From Acidimicrobiia bacterium (lineage in GTDB: Bacteria; Actinomycetota; Acidimicrobiia; Acidimicrobiales; CATQHL01), in NCBI GenBank assembly GCA_009835395.1, contig VXXM01000073.1, positions 82 to 64,081 on the forward strand: DNA of 64,000 bases, written 5' to 3'. The notes under the pieces were generated by a model, which was given only the letters and a program-made list of their open reading frames with translations, did not search any database and had not been told where the DNA came from. Within the stretch, counting starts at the first letter, position 1; each line of letters starts with the position of its first letter. The translations under genes were made by a program, and so were the position numbers. Positions 8,873 through 17,780 of this stretch are shown here, in pieces.

Positions 8873-9715
8873 CTAGCCGGCCACCAGCGGGTCGTAGGCG
8901 TCGGGTCGGCGGTCCCGGTAGAACGCCCACTGATTGCGCACCTCGCCGATCAGATCCAGGTCGAGGTCGCGGACGATGACCTCGGGCTCGGTGTCGGAGG
9001 CCACTTCCCCCACGAACTGGCCGCGCGGGTTGGCGAAGTAGGACGTGCCGTAGAAGTCGTTGTCGCCCAGCGGCTCGACGCCGACCCGGTTGATGGCGCC
9101 GACGTAGTACATGTTCGCCGCCGCCGAGGCGGTCTGCTCGAGCTTCCAGAGGTAGGCCGACAGGCCCCGGCTGGTGGCCGAAGGGTTGAAGACGATCTGC
9201 GCCCCGCCGAGACCGAGGGCGCGCCAGCCCTCGGGGAAGTGGCGGTCGTAGCAGATGTACACGCCCACCTTCCCGACCGCGGTGTCGAAGACCGGGTAGC
9301 CCAGGTTGCCGGGCCGGAAGTAGTACTTCTCCCAGAAGCCCTTCACCTGGGGGATGTGGGTCTTGCGGTACTTGCCCAGGTAGGTGCCGTCGGCGTCGAT
9401 GACCGCGGCGGTGTTGTACAGCACCCCGGGCTGCTCCTCCTCGTATAGCGGGAGGACCATGACCATGCCCAGTTCGGCGGCCAGTTCACAGGCCAGCTTC
9501 GTCGTGGGGCCGTCGGGCACCGCCTCGGCCGTGGCGTAGAACGAGTCGTCCTGCACCTGACAGAAGTAAGGGCCGTTGAACAGCTCCTGGAAGCAGATCG
9601 CCTGCGCCCCCTGCTCGGCGGCGGCCCGGGCCCAGGCCATGTGCGCCTCGACCATCGAGTCGGCGTCTCCCGTCCAGGACTGCTGCACCAGAGCTGCCCG
9701 CACGACGTTGTCCAT
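8873..9715 (-). CDS. Beta-ureidopropionase-like carbon-nitrogen hydrolase (nitrilase superfamily)
   Basis: 280 aa. CN-hydrolase catalytic triad context: CFQELF (Glu), YRKTHIP (Lys), VYICYDRHFPE (Cys). Clustered with dihydropyrimidinase. Confidence 0.85.
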   Translation of the reverse strand: MDNVVRAALVQQSWTGDADSMVEAHMAWARAAAEQGAQAICFQELFNGPYFCQVQDDSFYATAEAVPDGPTTKLACELAAELGMVMVLPLYEEEQPGVLYNTAAVIDADGTYLGKYRKTHIPQVKGFWEKYYFRPGNLGYPVFDTAVGKVGVYICYDRHFPEGWRALGLGGAQIVFNPSATSRGLSAYLWKLEQTASAAANMYYVGAINRVGVEPLGDNDFYGTSYFANPRGQFVGEVASDTEPEVIVRDLDLDLIGEVRNQWAFYRDRRPDAYDPLVAG

Positions 9716-9912
9716 GACGTCTCCGATCTACCACCCGCCGCCGGTGCCGGGCGCGGGACCGTCCGTATGCGACCCGCTACCGCTGCCGGAACGGGAGCCG
9801 AATAATACCACCCGGCATATCCGGCCAAATACGGACGCCTGAGAACATCCGAACGCGCCGCGAATTCGGCGCCAGACGTGCGTCGGGTCATCGTGACGGG
9901 CATCATGGTGCA

Positions 9913-10755
9913 ATGAGTGTGCGCGTCGCCGAGTCCCTCGAGGAGGTGTGCAGCCTGCTGGCGGCCGATCCGGCGACCAGCCTGCTGGCCGGTGGGACCG
10001 ACTTCATGGTGGAGGTCAACTACAACCACCGGCGCCCGAGCTCGGTGGTCGTCATCGACAGGGTTCCGGAGTTGACCGGCTGGCGGCGGCACAACGGCCG
10101 CGTGGAGTTGGGTGCGGCGATGACTTACGCCGAGATGGAGCATCCGCTCTTCGCGGCCTACGTTCCGGCACTGGCGCAGGCGGCCAGGACCGTCGGGTCG
10201 CCCCAGATCCGCAACGCCGGCACGCTCGGCGGCAATCTGGCGACGGCGTCGCCGGCCGGCGACACGCTGCCCCCGCTGGCGGCTCTGGACGCCCGCATCA
10301 CCATCTGTTCGGTGCGCGGCACCCGGGAGGTTGGCCTCGACGAGTTGATCGTGGGCCCCAAGCAGAACACGCTGGCACCCGACGAGGTGATCCGCAGCGT
10401 GACCGTGCCGGTGGTCGACGGCCCGCAGGAGTTCCTGAAAGTCGGCACCCGCAACGCCATGGTCATCTCGGTGGCCACGGTGGCGCTGGTGCTGGACCGC
10501 GCCCGGCGCAGTGTGCACCTTGCGCTGGGGTCGGTGGCCCCGGTGCCCGTGCGCGCCACCGAAGCCGAGGAGTGGATTGCCGGCGTGGTCGACTGGGACG
10601 CACCCGAGGTTCCCCTCGACGACGTCCTGACTCGCTTCGGCGAGTTGGCGGCAGCGGCCTCCGTCCCCATCGACGATCACCGCAGCACCGCCGATTACCG
10701 CCGCCATGCCGTGGCCGTCATGGCGCGCCGCGCACTGGCGAGAGTGCTCTCATGA
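9913..10755 (+). CDS. FAD-binding (medium, CoxM/XdhB-like) subunit of a molybdopterin-dehydrogenase-family enzyme
   Basis: 280 aa. LLAGGTDFMVEVN and GSPQIRNAGTLGGNLATASPAGD motifs of FAD_binding_5. Confidence 0.8.
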   Translation: MSVRVAESLEEVCSLLAADPATSLLAGGTDFMVEVNYNHRRPSSVVVIDRVPELTGWRRHNGRVELGAAMTYAEMEHPLFAAYVPALAQAARTVGSPQIRNAGTLGGNLATASPAGDTLPPLAALDARITICSVRGTREVGLDELIVGPKQNTLAPDEVIRSVTVPVVDGPQEFLKVGTRNAMVISVATVALVLDRARRSVHLALGSVAPVPVRATEAEEWIAGVVDWDAPEVPLDDVLTRFGELAAAASVPIDDHRSTADYRRHAVAVMARRALARVLS

Positions 10756-11264
10756 GCGAGGATCGAAGCGTCGCCGGCGAGGCCACGCTGCACTACACGC
10801 TGCATGTCAACGGCAGCGATCGCGACGTCGCCGATGCCTGGCTCGGCGAGAGCCTGCTCTACGTGCTCAGGGAACGTCTCGGCCTGCCCGGCACCAAGAA
10901 CGCCTGCGACCAGGGCGAGTGCGGATCCTGCACCGTGCTGGCCGATGGCCTGCCGGTGTGCTCCTGCATGATGCTGGCCGCCGCCGCGGTCGGGCGGGAC
11001 ATCGTGACCGTGGAGGGACTCGGCGACGACGGCGAGTTGACCGATGTCCAGCAGGCGTTCGTGGACCACGGTGCCGTGCAGTGCGGCTTCTGCACCCCTG
11101 GCCTGATCGTGGCCGCCGACCACCTACTGTCGGTCAACCCGGAACCGACGGAATTGGAGATCCGCGAGGCCATCTCGGGCAACCTGTGCCGTTGCACCGG
11201 CTACGGCAGGGTGATCGCCGCCATCGCCGGCGTGGCCGAGGAGCGCGCAGCCTCGACCGGCTGA
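10752..11264 (+). CDS. (2Fe-2S)-binding small (CoxS/XdhC-type) subunit
   Basis: 170 aa within track ORF 9948..11264. ATG 10752 forms an ATGA overlap with the upstream stop. Cys clusters CDQGECGSC and QCGFCTPG ... CRCTGY. Confidence 0.85.
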   Translation: MSEDRSVAGEATLHYTLHVNGSDRDVADAWLGESLLYVLRERLGLPGTKNACDQGECGSCTVLADGLPVCSCMMLAAAAVGRDIVTVEGLGDDGELTDVQQAFVDHGAVQCGFCTPGLIVAADHLLSVNPEPTELEIREAISGNLCRCTGYGRVIAAIAGVAEERAASTG

Positions 11265-11321
11265 GCCGCACCGGCTCGGCGGGCGCGATCGGCCCGTCGA
11301 TCGGCTCCCTAGCCTGACGGC

Positions 11322-13199
11322 ATGGACTGGGGGCTGCACGCGGCTCTGGGGCGCGACGCCGAGGCGGTGAAGGGGCGCAACCTGGACCGCGCCGTGGTAC
11401 GGCGGGTGCTGGGTTTCGCCGCTCCGTACAAGCGCATGATCACGCTGTTCGTGATCGCCATCCTGCTCGGCGCCCTGTTGAGCCAGGTGCCGGCGCTGCT
11501 TTTCCGGGAGATCATCGACGACGCCATCGTCAACTCCGACCGGGGCTACGTGAACCTGCTGGCGGGATTGATCCTGGCGGCCGCCTTCGCCGAGGCGCTG
11601 CTGGCCTTCGGCGAGCGCTGGTGGTCGGCGCGCATCGGCGAGGGGCTCATCTTCGACCTGCGGGTGGCCCTGTACGACCACGTCCAGCGCATGGGGGTGT
11701 CGTTCTTCACCAGCGTGCAGACCGGCGCGCTGATCAGCCGCCTCAACAACGACGTCATCGGCGCCCAGCGGGCCATGACCGGCACGCTCGGACAACTGGT
11801 CTCGAACCTCTGCATTCTGCTGATCACACTGCTGACGATGTTCATCATCCTGGACTGGCGGCTCACGCTGCTGGCCCTGGCGCTGCTGCCGGTGTTCGTG
11901 ATCCCCGCCAAGCGCGTCGGGCGGCGGCTGCAGGCGCTGACGCGGCAGCAGATGGAGCACAACGCCGACATGAACACGCTCATGACCGAGCGGCTGGGCG
12001 TGGCGGGCGCGCTGCTGGTGAAGCTGTTCGGGCGCCACGACGGCGAGCGGGAGGCGTTCGCCGACAGGGCCGGGAAAGTGCGGGACCTGGGCGTGCGCAC
12101 CGCCATGTACGCCCGGGTGTTCTTCATCGCCCTGACTTTGCTGGGGGCCGTGGGAACGGCCGCGGTCTACTGGGTCGGTGGCCACCTGGCGATCTCGGGT
12201 TCGGTCACGATCGGCACCCTCGCTGCCATGGGCCTGCTCGTGATCCGCATCTACATGCCCCTCACGAGCCTCACCAACGCCCGTGTCGACATCATGACGG
12301 CGATCGTGTCCTTCGAGCGGGTCTTCGAGGTGCTGGACACGCCGAACGCCGTGCCGGACCGGCCCGGAGCCGGCACCCTGCGGCGCCCCCGGGGCCGGGT
12401 GGAGTTCCGGGACGTGCGGTTCACCTACCCTCCCACCGACACGGCCGCTCTGGCGTCGCTGACCCCCGCCGCACCCGATCGGCCGACCGACGGCGACAAG
12501 CCCGCCGGCCCGGCGCTGGACGGCGTGAGCCTCGATGTGTCCCCGGGCGAGTTGGTGGCGCTGGTGGGACCGTCCGGCGCCGGCAAGACGACGCTGACGG
12601 CTCTGCTGCTACGGCTCTACGACCCTGACGAGGGCACCATCGCCGTCGACGGCCACAACCTGCGCGACGTCACCGGCGAGTCACTGCGGGCCGCCGTCGG
12701 CGTCGTGCCGCAGGATCCGCATCTGTTCCACGACACGGTGGAGGCGAACCTGCGCTACGCCCGACCCGACGCCGACCGTGAAGAGATCGCCGCCGCCTGC
12801 CGGGCCGCCGGGATCCTGGATTTGATCGAAGGCCTGCCACAGGGATTCGACACGCTGGTGGGTGAGCGCGGCTACCGCCTCTCCGGCGGCGAGAAGCAGC
12901 GCCTCGCCATCGCCCGCATGCTGCTGAAAGACCCGGCCATCGTCATCCTGGACGAGGCCACCAGCCATCTCGACAGCGAGAACGAGGCGGCCGTCCAGGA
13001 GGCGCTGGCGGCGGCGCTGGGTGGTCGAACGTCGTTCGTCATCGCCCACCGTCTCTCCACGATCACCTCGGCCGACCGGATCGTCGTGCTGGACGAGGGT
13101 CGCCTGGTGGAGCAGGGCCGCCACGATGACCTGCTCGCAGCCGGCGGGCTCTACGCCAACCTCTACCGCACGCTGGTTCGCTCCGAGGGCGCCCTGTGA
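11322..13199 (+). CDS. ABC exporter, fused transmembrane + ATP-binding protein (MsbA/multidrug type)
   Basis: 625 aa. Six-TM N-terminal domain, Walker A GPSGAGKTT, signature LSGGEKQRLAIAR, Walker B ILDEATSHLD. Confidence 0.85.
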   Translation: MDWGLHAALGRDAEAVKGRNLDRAVVRRVLGFAAPYKRMITLFVIAILLGALLSQVPALLFREIIDDAIVNSDRGYVNLLAGLILAAAFAEALLAFGERWWSARIGEGLIFDLRVALYDHVQRMGVSFFTSVQTGALISRLNNDVIGAQRAMTGTLGQLVSNLCILLITLLTMFIILDWRLTLLALALLPVFVIPAKRVGRRLQALTRQQMEHNADMNTLMTERLGVAGALLVKLFGRHDGEREAFADRAGKVRDLGVRTAMYARVFFIALTLLGAVGTAAVYWVGGHLAISGSVTIGTLAAMGLLVIRIYMPLTSLTNARVDIMTAIVSFERVFEVLDTPNAVPDRPGAGTLRRPRGRVEFRDVRFTYPPTDTAALASLTPAAPDRPTDGDKPAGPALDGVSLDVSPGELVALVGPSGAGKTTLTALLLRLYDPDEGTIAVDGHNLRDVTGESLRAAVGVVPQDPHLFHDTVEANLRYARPDADREEIAAACRAAGILDLIEGLPQGFDTLVGERGYRLSGGEKQRLAIARMLLKDPAIVILDEATSHLDSENEAAVQEALAAALGGRTSFVIAHRLSTITSADRIVVLDEGRLVEQGRHDDLLAAGGLYANLYRTLVRSEGAL

Positions 13200-14494
13200 T
13201 CAGCGCCGACGGATCGACGACGCGCGGCGACGACACCACCACCTACGAGGTGGCCGAGCTGCTCGGCGAGTTGACGGTGGCGGTCGAGGCTGCACTTCCC
13301 GATGAGATCTGGATCAGGGGCCAGATCCGCAACCTCAGCAAGTCCCGCAAGGGCCACGTCTATTTCGATCTGGTGACGCCGGCACCGGCGGAGAGGTCGC
13401 CCGAGGCCGTGCTGCCCGTCGTGCTGTTCGACTGGTACCGGAAGATCGTGAACCGGATTCTCGGCCCCGGGGCGGCCGGGCAGATGGTCGACGGGGTGGA
13501 GGTGCGAGTCCGCGGCCAGGTCTCGATCTACAAGGCCCGGGGACAGCTGCAACTCCAGATGAAGGCCATCGACCCCGCCTACACGCTCAGCAGGCTGGCC
13601 GACGAGCGGGACCGGCTGCTGGCCGAGTTGAAGGCGGCCGGCCTGCTGGAGCGCAACAGGGCTCTCCCGTTGCCGACGCTGCCGCTGCGGGTGGGCCTGG
13701 TGACCAGCGCCGGCAGCGCGGCCGAGGCCGACTTCCGCCACGTTCTGACGGCCAGCGGGATCGGCTGGGAGATACTCGTCGTCGACACTCCCGTGCAGGG
13801 CTTCGGCAGCGAGCAGAGGATCGCCGCGGCGCTGGCGCTGGCCGAGCAGCACGGCGCCGAGGTGATCGCACTCGTGCGGGGCGGCGGCGCCCGCACCGAA
13901 CTGGCGCCGTTCGACAGCGAGGCGGTGGCGCATGCGGTGACGGCGCGCTCGGTGCCGGTGCTGACCGGCATCGGCCACGAGATCGACCGCTCGGTGGCCG
14001 ACGTCGTGGCCCACAACGCCTGCAACACCCCCACCGCCTGCGCGGCTGCGCTCGTGGAGCGCGCCGGGCAGTTCGACCGAGCCGCCCTGGCCCTCTGGCG
14101 GGGCATCGAAGGTGCCGCCACCGCCCGGTTGGCGGCGGACCGTCGCCTGCTCGACGCCGCCGGTCGGCGGACCGGCGCCGCCGTTGCGGCCTCCTGCCGG
14201 ACCGCTCGCAACGACGTGCGACGACTCGCCCTGGCCATCGACCGGGCGGCGCGCCACTGCAGCGAGCGCGCCCGCTTGCGACTCGACGCGCTCGAGGCGC
14301 AGGCGCACGCCTACGACCCGCAGCGGGCTCTGGAGCGGGGTTGGAGCATCACCACCGACGGTGAGGGACACCTGCTGCGATCGGTCGCCGGCATCAGGCC
14401 CGGCGCTACCCTGCGAACCCGGATGAGCGACGGGACGGTCACCAGCACCGCCGACGCGGTCACGCCCTCCGAGACGAACCGGGAACGACCATGA
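13196..14494 (+). CDS. xseA: Exodeoxyribonuclease VII large subunit
   Basis: 432 aa. OB-fold N-terminus (IWIRGQIRNLSKSRKGHVYFDL) and GHEIDRSVADVVA motif. GTGA overlap with the upstream stop; followed by xseB. Confidence 0.85.
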   Translation: MISADGSTTRGDDTTTYEVAELLGELTVAVEAALPDEIWIRGQIRNLSKSRKGHVYFDLVTPAPAERSPEAVLPVVLFDWYRKIVNRILGPGAAGQMVDGVEVRVRGQVSIYKARGQLQLQMKAIDPAYTLSRLADERDRLLAELKAAGLLERNRALPLPTLPLRVGLVTSAGSAAEADFRHVLTASGIGWEILVVDTPVQGFGSEQRIAAALALAEQHGAEVIALVRGGGARTELAPFDSEAVAHAVTARSVPVLTGIGHEIDRSVADVVAHNACNTPTACAAALVERAGQFDRAALALWRGIEGAATARLAADRRLLDAAGRRTGAAVAASCRTARNDVRRLALAIDRAARHCSERARLRLDALEAQAHAYDPQRALERGWSITTDGEGHLLRSVAGIRPGATLRTRMSDGTVTSTADAVTPSETNRERP

Positions 14495-14763
14495 CTGAGA
14501 GCACCCCCCCGCAGGCTCCCTCCGACGGTTACGCCGCCGCCCTGGCCGAGTTGCAGAAGATCCTCGACGCCCTCGAGGCCCCCGACGTGGACGTTGACGC
14601 CCTCGCCTCCCACGTGGACCGGGCGGCCGAGTTGCTCCGCTTCTGCCGCGAGCGCCTCGTCGCAGCGGAGACCCAGGTGACCGAGATCGTCGCCGGTCTG
14701 GAGGATCTCGCCACCGAGTCCGACACGCCGGAGGCGGCCTCTGCCGCTGATCCCGACGGCTAG
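14491..14763 (+). CDS. xseB: Exodeoxyribonuclease VII small subunit
   Basis: 90 aa, helical (YAAALAELQKILDALE...). 4-nt overlap with xseA. Confidence 0.8.
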   Translation: MTESTPPQAPSDGYAAALAELQKILDALEAPDVDVDALASHVDRAAELLRFCRERLVAAETQVTEIVAGLEDLATESDTPEAASAADPDG

Positions 14764-14780
14764 GCACACCGGTCCTGTCG

Positions 14781-15848
14781 ATGGGCATGCGCAAGCTCTC
14801 CGGCACCGACGGTTTCGTCGTCGTCGACCTCGACGGCGCCCCGGGCTCCGCCGGACTCATGCGGTTGGCGCCGAAGATCCTCCCGAGCGGCGCCCGGGAG
14901 ATGGCCCGCTCGGCCACCTACACCTTCGCCAGCGTCGGCATGCAGCGCTCGGGAGCGTCGGGGGGGATCAACGCCCGACCCGATGGTCGCGACGGCGCCG
15001 TTGAGGCCTTCCTGGCGGAGAGCGAACCCTGGGTGACGGCCGGCGAGTTCCTCCCCGACCCGGGCAAGGGCCTGACAGCCGCCGATCTGGCGCCGCTCCA
15101 GGCCCATGATCCGCGCCACCCGATCCGTCTCAGCACCACCGGCGGGATCAGCCTCAGCGAGCGTCTGGCCGGCAGCGGTGCGGTTGCCGCCGCGTCCGCG
15201 GCACTGGACGGCCTGGAGGGACGCCGGATCGTGATCGAGGGTTGCGGTCCCGCCGGTGTGGCGGCCGCCGCCACCGCGGCCGCACAGGGGGCGGTGCTTG
15301 CGGGGGTCGCCTCCGAGAAGGGCTTCTGCGCAGCCTCCGACGGCCCAGGCCTCGATGCCGCCGCAATCGGTGCGGCGTGGACGGCCCATGGTCCCGGCTT
15401 CGTGGAGCACTTGGACGGCGCCTGCTCGGACCCCGGCGACGTGTGGGGCGCAGCCGGCGACATCCTGCTGGTGGGCTCCAAGATGGGCGTTCTCGACCAC
15501 AACATCGCTGCGGGCCTGAACGCGTCGCTGGTTGCCTGCCTGCACCCGATCCCGTTCACGACACGGGCGCTGGTGATCCTGCAGGCGGCCGGGTCGGTGG
15601 TACTGGCCGACTTCGTCTGCCTCGCCGGGCCGCTATTCGCCGCCTGGCCCGCCGAGCTGATCGGCCTCGAAGGCGACTGCGTCACCGCCGAGGCGATCGA
15701 GACCGCCGCAACCGAGGCCATCGCGAGCCTGGTGCGGGAGACCGCCGGCCACCCCGAGGGCGCCTTCCTGGGCGCCTGCCACCACGCCGAGAGCTTCCTG
15801 GCCACCTGGCGCGACGAACTCCCCTTCGGCCGCCCCCTCGCCGCCTGA
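14781..15848 (+). CDS. Glu/Leu/Phe/Val dehydrogenase-family protein, divergent (catalytic Lys positions substituted)
   Basis: 355 aa. N-terminal half follows the ELFV_dehydrog_N pattern, and a Rossmann-like IVIEGCGPAGVAAA follows. The GGGK-type motif reads SGASGGINA. Confidence 0.5.
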   Translation: MGMRKLSGTDGFVVVDLDGAPGSAGLMRLAPKILPSGAREMARSATYTFASVGMQRSGASGGINARPDGRDGAVEAFLAESEPWVTAGEFLPDPGKGLTAADLAPLQAHDPRHPIRLSTTGGISLSERLAGSGAVAAASAALDGLEGRRIVIEGCGPAGVAAAATAAAQGAVLAGVASEKGFCAASDGPGLDAAAIGAAWTAHGPGFVEHLDGACSDPGDVWGAAGDILLVGSKMGVLDHNIAAGLNASLVACLHPIPFTTRALVILQAAGSVVLADFVCLAGPLFAAWPAELIGLEGDCVTAEAIETAATEAIASLVRETAGHPEGAFLGACHHAESFLATWRDELPFGRPLAA

Positions 15849-15939
15849 GTCGAGCCGCCGCGGGGGGCGCGGCAACGGCGGCGGCGCGGGGCACCGCCCG
15901 TTAGTCGGCCCAGGCTGACGCAGGCGCGGTCGGTGGGGC

Positions 15940-17619
15940 TCAGGGCTCCCAGAGGAGCGTGTCGGGCCTGAATTGGCTCCAGGCGAACCAGAACGCCTGA
16001 TGGCCTTCGATCTCGACGCCGGCGGCGTCGACGGCGCGCACGCCGCCTCCGTCGAGGCGGAGGCTGACGCCGGCAAGTTCCACCGTTCGGCCGGACTCGA
16101 GCGCGGCGACCGCTGCGTCCACCGGGAAGGCGACGGGGGTGCCGTCGTCGAGGACCACGCCGAAGACCTGTTCGTGCACGGTCAGGCGCCCGTCCAGGTC
16201 ACCGATCGGGAAGATGGGCCCGTCATCGTCCCGGCCGCGCAGTGGGTCGAGGGGGTAGTTGTGGCCGATCCCGCCGTCCCGGGCGACGATCGTCGTCTCC
16301 GGGTGTGCAGCCTTCCACTCACCCCAGGTGGTGGTAACGACGGTCGCCTGGTTCAGGACCACTCCCTTCTCGCGGAGCGGACCCGAGACCGCCTCGCCGG
16401 TGAATGTGTCGAACACCGACTTGGTAACGAGGTCGTACATGACCTTGTTCGACCGTGAGAGCAGCCCGGAGGTCCTGAGCACGGGCGTCTCGACGCCGGG
16501 GGGAACGTCGTCGGTGAAATAGGCCTGGGCGGAGCCGCACAGCGTGCAGTAGGGGAAGCCGATCCGGCGCCCGCCGAGCGTGTCGTTGACCATCTCGTGG
16601 ATTTCCATGAAGTTCTTCGGGTATGCCCGGGCTTCGCCGCCGATCACGACGGCGAAGACGACGCGGTCGTCGGGATACCAGGCGCCTCCGGCGGCGTCGG
16701 TGACCGGGGGGTCGTCGCGGGCCGGGATGCAGCCCCGGACACACCGCTCCGGGTCGCCGAGCGGGCGGTCGTCGATCCGCACGCCCCCCCAACTCACGAG
16801 TCGCCAGTCGATGTTGGCGTCACGATCGTCGAAGAATGGCTGCCAGCCCGGCTCCACCAGCGTGAACAGCCGCTCCTTGTAGTCGACGTAACCCTCGAAG
16901 GCGGGCAGATCCCAGGCGATCAGGTGATCGGTGACCGATTGCCACGGGCTGCGGGCTGCCACGGGGTCATCGGCCAGGCTCACACCCGTCAAGGTCTCGA
17001 AGGTGGACACCGCCGCCTCGTGGACCTCGCCGTAGTAGAAGAACCGGAGGAGGTCGGAGAGGATCCAGCCCAGCCGGGCATCCCCGGACTCGCCGAGCGC
17101 ACTGAGCGCGGCGAGGTCGACCTCGGTGGTCATGGTGGACCAGACGGTCTCGAGGTCGCCGGCCGCCGTCTGCCCGAGTGGGCCGACCGGCACCTCGGGC
17201 GAGGGCGGGAACTCGTAACCGCGGAAGTTTCGCAGGGTGGCGCTTTCGATCGGGTGCAAGCCGGCTCCATCCGGCTCCGGGGGGCCGTCAGCGGTCTCCT
17301 GCACCTCGGCGACCGATCCGGCGCCGTTGGCCGGCTCCAACTCGACGACATCCTCGGCGCCACCGGCCGGCGGGGCCGGGATGGCGACCGGATCGGAGCC
17401 GTCGGGGTCAGGCGCTGCATCGGGGGCGGGCACGTCCTCCGAATCCGAGCCTGCGGCGGGCGGCGGATCAGCAGCGGGGGGAGCCGGCATGTCACCGCCC
17501 CCGGCCCCCGGCTCAGCCGACGGCGCGGCGCGACCGGCCGGCTGCTCATCGGCTCCCGAACAGGCGGCGGCCAGGAACACGAACCCAACCAGCACGATGC
17601 AGACACGCCGCACGAACAC
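15940..17619 (-). CDS. Secreted lipoprotein with C-terminal DUF3179 domain
   Basis: 559 aa. Signal peptide + lipobox-like FLAAAC, then an acidic Pro/Ala-rich linker. C-terminal part carries DUF3179 hallmarks (ARAYPKNFMEIHEMVND, YCTLCGS, TSGLLSRSNKVMYD). Confidence 0.7.
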   Translation of the reverse strand: MFVRRVCIVLVGFVFLAAACSGADEQPAGRAAPSAEPGAGGGDMPAPPAADPPPAAGSDSEDVPAPDAAPDPDGSDPVAIPAPPAGGAEDVVELEPANGAGSVAEVQETADGPPEPDGAGLHPIESATLRNFRGYEFPPSPEVPVGPLGQTAAGDLETVWSTMTTEVDLAALSALGESGDARLGWILSDLLRFFYYGEVHEAAVSTFETLTGVSLADDPVAARSPWQSVTDHLIAWDLPAFEGYVDYKERLFTLVEPGWQPFFDDRDANIDWRLVSWGGVRIDDRPLGDPERCVRGCIPARDDPPVTDAAGGAWYPDDRVVFAVVIGGEARAYPKNFMEIHEMVNDTLGGRRIGFPYCTLCGSAQAYFTDDVPPGVETPVLRTSGLLSRSNKVMYDLVTKSVFDTFTGEAVSGPLREKGVVLNQATVVTTTWGEWKAAHPETTIVARDGGIGHNYPLDPLRGRDDDGPIFPIGDLDGRLTVHEQVFGVVLDDGTPVAFPVDAAVAALESGRTVELAGVSLRLDGGGVRAVDAAGVEIEGHQAFWFAWSQFRPDTLLWEP

Positions 17620-17780
17620 GACGCCACGTTAGGGGCTGCGGGCCACGGCGACGGCGCACGGAACGCGTGGCGCAGCAGCCTCCTAGGACCGTGCTGAGTA
17701 ATCCACGGGCAGCGCCGGTCGGCTGGCCAGGTCCTGGATTCCGGCCTGCGCCGGAATGACGTGTCGGGGCGTCGGGAGCA

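Noticed and set aside
9716-9912. Possible operator palindromes (CCGGCATATCCGG; GCGCCGCGAATTCGGCGCC) in the divergent spacer between the ureidopropionase and coxM-like genes
   Set aside because: Both are imperfect, and no transcription-factor gene is adjacent to give them context. They are too weak to call as regulatory sites.
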